The notes under the pieces are model-generated. The model was not told the DNA's origin, ran no database searches, and saw nothing but the letters and a program-made list of their open reading frames with translations. Position numbers and translations under genes: made by a program. Below are positions 38,701-46,700 of a stretch of 64,000 nt of DNA, piece after piece. Location of the stretch: contig OX597833.1 of the NCBI GenBank assembly GCA_951406725.2, forward strand, positions 62,620,001 through 62,684,000. Reading direction: 5' to 3'. Each line of letters begins with the position of its first letter. Position 1 is the first letter of the stretch. This DNA is from Octopus vulgaris. Its lineage: Eukaryota.

Positions 38701-41700
38701 AATCTCTCATCATTCATTCAGCTAACTCATAAATACTAACATGCTATACTTTGATGTATAATAACTATCAAAATTTGTAATTCCTTAATTTTTAAAATAA
38801 CTTTCAAAACCCCTAATTCTTTAAATTTTTGCAGTATTCTCTCCATTTCATAACCCATGCGTTTCTAAACTTCACCACGTTTTCCTCAGCGACCCCCTTC
38901 CTCTCTCTAAGATTTGTGAACATTCTTGCCTTGTTTTGTAACTTGTGTCTTTCTCATACTTGCCACAATTCCTTCAGCAATAAAGTCTCTCAAGGCTCTC
39001 TCTCTATTCCTTACAAGTGTCTTCTTGGCTGCTATTTCCCCGAGGTGAAGCTGGCCATTGCTTGTCCACGATGCATCCACTCATTCCCACCTACCAATAC
39101 CAGAAATCCCTTCTCTTATACTAGAAACTCCTACAGGGCTCTGCCTTGCTTCTGTACCAGAAGACTTGCATAGCTCCCTCCCACCACCATGAGCAATCAA
39201 CCACACTACTGCATGTGCCAAAAGATGTGTTATTTAGTAAATTAACAAACCACCGACCCCTTTCTCTCTCTCTCCACACAATGACTAACCAATAGCAGCT
39301 CACAAACCTAATTTTAAACACTCACCTATTTTTGTTTGCAGCAATAAGACTTATATTTACAATGCTTACATTTCACTCACTCTCAATAGGGGCGATAATT
39401 TTAACATGTTTGAATGATGGTAAGTTAAAGCAAGAACAGCTGATGTGGCATGTCTACTATCAAACAATCATTGAAAGTTTTTCAAGTGCTGAATTCCATC
39501 TCTCTTTCCCATGTTCCTTCCCACATCCCTTTCCCAGTTTTCAGAGTTGGCACTGTCAATGTAGGCACATTGAAAGGTAGAGCTAGGGAAAATGTCTTCT
39601 CTTATACTAGATCGTTTGATAGTAGACATGCCACATCAGCTGTTCTTGCTTTAACTTACCATCATTCAAATTATTGAGATGCTTGATTGGAGGCATGTTG
39701 ATGTCTGTTGCATTCAGGAGGTAAGGTGGAGAGGAGCTTCAGCCACAGGCAAGACACATAGGTATAAAATCTTCTGGGAAGGTAACAGTGACTGGGTAGG
39801 TAGTGTGGGCATACTTCTTGCAGAGAAATGGATGGATAAGATCATAGAGCTAGAGTGTGCAACAGAGTACTTAAGGTCAGGCTAGTTTTCCAGAATAGAA
39901 TAACAATTATCTCTGCCTACACCCTCCCAAGTGAGCCTACCAAATGAACAAAAGAATTGCTTTTATGATATTCTTCTGTAGGCTACCTCAAAGATGAATG
40001 ACAATGATCTAATCTTTGTGGCTAGGGATTTCAATGGGCATTTCAGGCAGCAGCCCAGTATCTTCCATGGTGTACATGAGGGCCATGGAATTGGTTCCCA
40101 AAACAAAGAGGGGACAAGGATACTGGAATTCTGTGATGCAAATAACCTTTTGATCTGCAACACCAACTTCAAGAAGCCACCCAGCCACTCAATAACCTAC
40201 CAACCAGGTGACTGCCAACCAGATCAATTTCATTCTCACCAGACAGTGGGATTCATGGCTGCTCCTAAATACAAAGACCCTCCCTAGTAAAGAATGTACC
40301 CCCCCCCCTCCCAGTATAGACTAGTCGTTAGTGACTTTAACCTTCAGGCCAGAAGGATGCCAAGAAGCAGACCAATCTGGAAAAGAAGGATTTAGAAGCT
40401 TAAGGACCCTTCATATGGTCAGAGATTTAGGGACATCCTCATTGAGAAATTTGACAAGAGGGAGGAGGAACTAAAGACTTGTAACATAGAGGGCAGCTGG
40501 GAATTTCCTGCAGGACAGCTTGCTGAGTACCACAGACCAAATCTGCAGCTGGTACAAAAATCCCATCCCTACCTAGGGTGAAATGGTAGTGAAACAATGC
40601 TGTAGACAAAGTCATTAGAGCAATGACTATGGATAGATGAGTGGTTGGTGAGAGCTGTACAAGCCATGTACAGGAACGCTATGAGTAAGATGAGGGTTGG
40701 CAATGTGTACAGAGAAGAATTCAGGGTACAAGTAGGGGTTCATCAAGGATCAGTCCTCAGCCCCCTCTTGTTCATTTCAGTCCTTCAGGCAATATGAGAG
40801 GAGTTTAAGACGGGCTGCCCTGGGAGCTTCTCTATACTGATGACCTTGTTCTTATAGCTGAATCACTACCAGAACTAGAGAAGTTTTGGGTATGAAAGCA
40901 AGGTCTAGATTGTATGATGCCTGCATGTGTACAGCTATGCTACACGGCAATGAAACATGGGCTGTGACAGCCAAGGACATGGGTAGGCTACAAAAAAATG
41001 AAGCCAGTATGTTTTGCTGGATGTGCTATGTCAGTGTGCATGTTCAACAGTGTAAGCATCTTGAGAGAAAAGTTAGGCATAGGAGGCATCAGATGTGCTG
41101 TGCAAGAGAGATGACTGCACTGGTGTGGTCATGTGATGTGTATGGACGAGGACAGATCTATAAAGAAGTGCCGATCTCTAACTGTGAAGGGAACCTGTAG
41201 TAGAGGTAGACCCAGGAAGTCACGGGACAAGGTGATAAAGCATCATCTTCGAATCAGAGCCTCACAGATGCGACGACTAGTAACCAAGACCTTTGGCGAC
41301 ATACTGTGCTTGAGAAGACCTATCAAGCCAAGTAACATCAATACTGGTGTCACGTAAGTGGCGCACCCATGCCGTTGGCACGTAAAAAGCAGCTTTAGAG
41401 TGTTGGGCCTCTTAGAGACAAAGTGGTTGATGCTGGTGGCACGTGAGAAGCACCTTTCAAGTGCTAGGCTTCTTAGAGACAATGATAAATGATGAAGAGC
41501 AATGGGCATTATGCAATGCTTGAGGAAAAAGACCCATCAAACCAAGTAAAATTACAGTTGTGACTGATACTGGTGTCACACAAATGGCATGTAAAAACAC
41601 CCGTTACACTCTTGGAGATGTTGGCATTAGAAAGGGCAACCAGCCATAAAAATCATGCCAAATCAGACTGGAGTCTGGTGCAGCCTTCCAACTTGCCAAA

Positions 41701-42861
41701 CCGTTCCAACTCATGCCAGCATGAACAATAGATGTTAAATGAATGATTGAGAGAATGTGAGGAAGGAGGAAGGAAAAAAAGGGTATAGCATTCAAATATT
41801 CTCTTGTAAACACTTTATCTACAGGTGTATAAAAATACATTTTTTTGTTTAGTTTTTACAATTATTTAAATAATATATCATTGCTCTTTCTAGCAATTTC
41901 AACTTTATTAAGTAATTAAGTAATCATTTTAATTAATCATTCATATATTTGGAATCGACCAGATGCAAAAAAGTCTTCTTTTTTTTTTTAAATTCATTAA
42001 TTTTGATTTGTTTGACAGGAGGAAATACATTTGAAGATATTTGGTAAAGTTAGAGCATGGAGACAACATAAAGATATTTATTAGAGAGGATGACATGCAG
42101 AGAGAGGAAAGAGGAAGAAAAAAAAAAACATGGAAAGAGAATTACTGACGGGACAACATGATGAAATAAAGATGACAATGATGATAATGAACAAAGAGGA
42201 AGAAGGACCCAGCCCCAAGTGAAAGTAATTACAAAGTTGGTAGTTTGTATTAAATAGTTGACAATCCGCCCCCGCCCCCCACAAAAAATGAATGAATGAA
42301 ATGCAACAGACAAGGAAACAATAATTTTAGTGTCAGTGTCATGAGAGAGAGGGAGAGACAGACAGAGAGAAAGAGAGAGAATCAGGCATTGACAAAGAAG
42401 AATATGTTAATGAAAGGTTTCAGAAGAGAAAACAACATACAAAATAGTAATACAACATCCTTATATACATTTATGTACTATATATATATGTGTGTGTGTG
42501 TGTGTGGAGGTGCAATGGCCCAGTAGTTAGGGTAGCGGACTTGCAGTCATAGGATTGTGGTTTCGATTCCCAGACCAGACGTTGCAAGCGTTTATTGAGC
42601 GGAAAAGACTTAAGGCTCCATGAGGCTCTAGCAGGGCGTGGTGGCGAACCCTGCTGTGCTCTTTCACCACAACTTTCAATCCTTCTTCCTGTTTCTGTTG
42701 TACCCCGCATTCTGCATCACGCTGAATCTCCCCGAGAACTATGCTAAGGGTTACACATGTCTGCCAAGTGCTCAGCCACTTGCATGTTAATTTCCCGAGC
42801 AGGCTGTTCCGTTGATCGCATCAACTGGAACCCTCATCGTCATAACCAACAGAGTGCCATG

Positions 42862-42892
<31 letters not shown>

Positions 42893-43715
42893 GGTTTCTT
42901 TAGCCTCGCCTGGCCCCCGTGCCGGTGGCACATAAAAAGCACCATCCGTCCGTGGCTTTTTGCCAGCTCCGTCTGGCACCTGTGCAGGTGGCACGTAAAA
43001 AGCACCCACTACACTCACAGAGTGGTTGGCGTTAGGAAGGGCATCCAGCCGTAGAAACACTGCCAGATCAGACTGGGCCTGATGCAGCCTTCTGGCTTCA
43101 CAGACCCCAGTTGAACCGTCCAACCATGCTAGCATGGAAAGCGGACACTAAATGATGGTGATGATGATATATATATATATATAACAATTTATTTCCGTCT
43201 GTAAAACTGATACTACTTTATTTATATATTTATTATATTATTAAAATGGCCAGTGATTATTATTTTCAATCTAAACACATTTAGATTAATAATATTGGAA
43301 ATTATAAAAACATTTTATGGCCTTTGTAAATTTTCTTAATTCTATCCATTTGAATTTTGTTGTTCTTTCATTGTACTTATTACATATTTGAACTTCTAAC
43401 ACTCATGCTCTTTAACATAGGAATTTTGAATCAGTATTTTTTTTTTTTTTTTTGGCAAATTGCCAGTCCTTCAATTGGAATTTCATCTATCTTTTTGAAC
43501 CAAGGCCCTGAATAGGCTTAGGTACAGAGATAGGAATTTTTTATAAATCAACTAATGTAATATAAGTCAAAACAAATTGTTGGGTTTATATATACATTTT
43601 TAATTTATGTTATTTTATATTATATTTTTTTATATTATGTTATACTATAATGTAAATAGTTTGTCAATCGTAGTTCTCTATTTCATTTAATTGTTTATTT
43701 TCATAAAGCTTCCTG

Positions 43716-43756
<41 letters not shown>

Positions 43757-46700
43757 CATACATACATATATATATATATACATACATACATATATATATA
43801 TACATACATACATATATATATATATACATACATACATATATATATATACATACATACATATATATATATACATACATATATATATATACATACATATATA
43901 TATATATATACATACATATATATATATATATATACATACATACATATATATATACATACACACACACACACACACACACTCATGGAGTGGTTGGCGTTAG
44001 GAAGGGCATCCAGCTGTAGAAACAATGCCAGATCAGACTGGAGCCTGGTGCAGCCTCCTGGCTTCCCAGACCCCGGTCAAACCGTCCAACCCATGCTAGC
44101 ACGGAAAACGGACTTTAAACGATGATGATGATGATGATATATATATATATATATAGTACATAAATGCACACATTACTTTCGTTTCAGTCATGCTGTACTA
44201 CCTTTAAATGGTATGGTTGGTAGATTATAATGACCCTCACCCACAGTACTCATAGAAGGATACTTATTTCAGCAATATTGCAAGGATAAACTTAAGGTAA
44301 ATTCAAGCTGGGCAGAATTTGAACTTAAAACAAATGTAGTTGAACACCGCAAAGCATTTGGTCAGACAATGCTCTGATAATCTCTAAGTTATCCCCCACC
44401 CCCATCTCCCATTTAAAAAAAAAGAAAGAAAAAAAGACATCCATATACAAACAAAATGCAAGCAGAGTATAAAAATGATAATGATGGCCTGAAGATAGCT
44501 AACACTTAAAACTAGAGAATTGAAACAAAAGTAAATACGACATTAACACCTGATAATGAAGCTGGGTGGGGAAGATTGAGAGATATTGTAGAGAGTAAAA
44601 AGATGGAAGGCTTAGGTTTTATGGAAACTGGATGGAAACTAGATGTGAAAATTTTTAATTTACTTGGCTCTTTAGTCTACTATGACAACACAAGAAGTTT
44701 TGAAATAATGAAAGATCAAGTAAGGACAGAATATGAATGATTATTAAAAGTAAAGTGAAAACTGAAATAGTTCTGTTCAGTCAGACTTTCAGAGACATCA
44801 ACTACTTTATCTTCGTTTATGATTATAAGCAATGTGAAAGAAGCTACCAGTGACAGAGCTCAATAAATTGATTTTCATGAATAACAAAGATGAACCAACT
44901 GACTGCTTGCTGGTTTGTCACTGAAACATTGTATTCTGTCGATGTGAATCCCCTGAGGATAATATAAAATGCAGAGACTGGCAGACCATTTCTAAGTAAG
45001 TTTTATTGCTTTTATGCAAAACAGTCAAAATCTTTCATAGATATCAACACTTAGGCATGGTTGAATATATATGATTATCTATCAATAATTTGATTATTCG
45101 TTCGATTAAAATAAAATAGAATGAAATTTAACAAGATACAATGAAGACAAATTTGATTTAGTTAATACAGATATATTACACTACAGCTTATTTAAACCAG
45201 AGAATAGAATCACCTTCAGTAGAAAGAAAAGCAAAATATAGAGATTACACAGGCAATTTTAATTCAAGCAATATCTTGATGTCATGCAATATATATACAT
45301 TCATACAATATATATGAAATAATTTTAAAAATTTATATATAAATATTGTATAGTACTGGACTGGTATTATTTACCTCGGGCTGAAAAGAAGATATGAAAG
45401 AAATAATTTGTTAAATGTATGAAAAAAAAAAAAAGACTGCAACATGAAAAATTTAATGACATTCAATTTGTAACAGAAATGAATTTTAAATAATTTTAAA
45501 TAATTTCAACAGAAAAGTCAAAACTAAATTCAATCATCCTATGCCAAGTGCTATATTTAATAGTAATTCCATGATTATTTTGAAGACTATGATATTGTTG
45601 TGAATTTACAGAGAAGTATAAAATACATCTTTTGAAATGCTTTTTTAAAGATAGTAAGTCTACATGTATATGTAGCATGTAAGGGACAGACTTAGGTGAG
45701 AATGTCTTTGAAAGCTACATTCTTTGTTAGACATTTGCCACCGCCTCTAACATAAGAGTTATCTATTTCCATCTTTACATCAAGAAGTAAACCATTGTAA
45801 CTATGAAACAAAATCTAAGGCATAATCTGCCTATAATATTCTACTATTGGCCTTGTGCCAAAATTCGAAATCAATATTCTGCTATTGTAGAGCTACACTG
45901 GTAAAGTCTTAAATCATAATACACTGCATTATAGCTGGATTTAAGCCTACAGCCTCAGCAGATGAGCAACACGGTTCTAAAAATATGTAGTAGTTTTCTG
46001 GATAACAAACATATTTATGACAGATTATGTTTGATTTCATTCTATACTTGAAGTGTTACATGCAATGTTCATACCATCATAATAATAGATAACTAGCTGA
46101 GATACCTGATATTGACAGAGCTAACGAGCTTAGTAATTAACACTAGACAAAGTAATTTATTTAAAATTATAGTCAAGATTTTTGATGAAGTAACCCTCAA
46201 CTAATTTTTTTTTCATTATTTATAGAAAATTTCCTTCAAATTTATTTTAAATCTTCAAAAAAAAAAATCAAAAATCAATTGCTTTCTATCTATTTAACAT
46301 ATTAAAGCAGGTGACATACTCTAAAAATTGAGAGGGAAAAAACCAAAAAAAAAAACCAACAGAAGGTGATGACTAAGTCCAAAATTCTGCTACATCTGAC
46401 ACTGCAATACTGTTCGACAACCTTGTATGAATGAAAAGGGGCACCTAAATTTCTGGGAAGAATAATTGAGAATCTTTACTTTAGCATCACCAAACTTGGG
46501 GTTGTTCAGTTTCTTCAGGCTCTATGACACTATCTACAGAGAGTTTGTTTTCAATGAAAGTATTTGCTCTATTGTTAGGAGTAGAAAAGTGGAGACAAAT
46601 TTGTGGGACAGAGGCTGGAAATATGAATGAAACATACTAATGAATAGGGTGACCATTTTCTGGATGTCAAAAATGCAATCCTAAATGAGAGCAATACTCC

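Noticed and set aside
43664-44125. Long YI/CM-repeat ORFs on both strands
   Set aside because: Translations of a TA/TACA microsatellite
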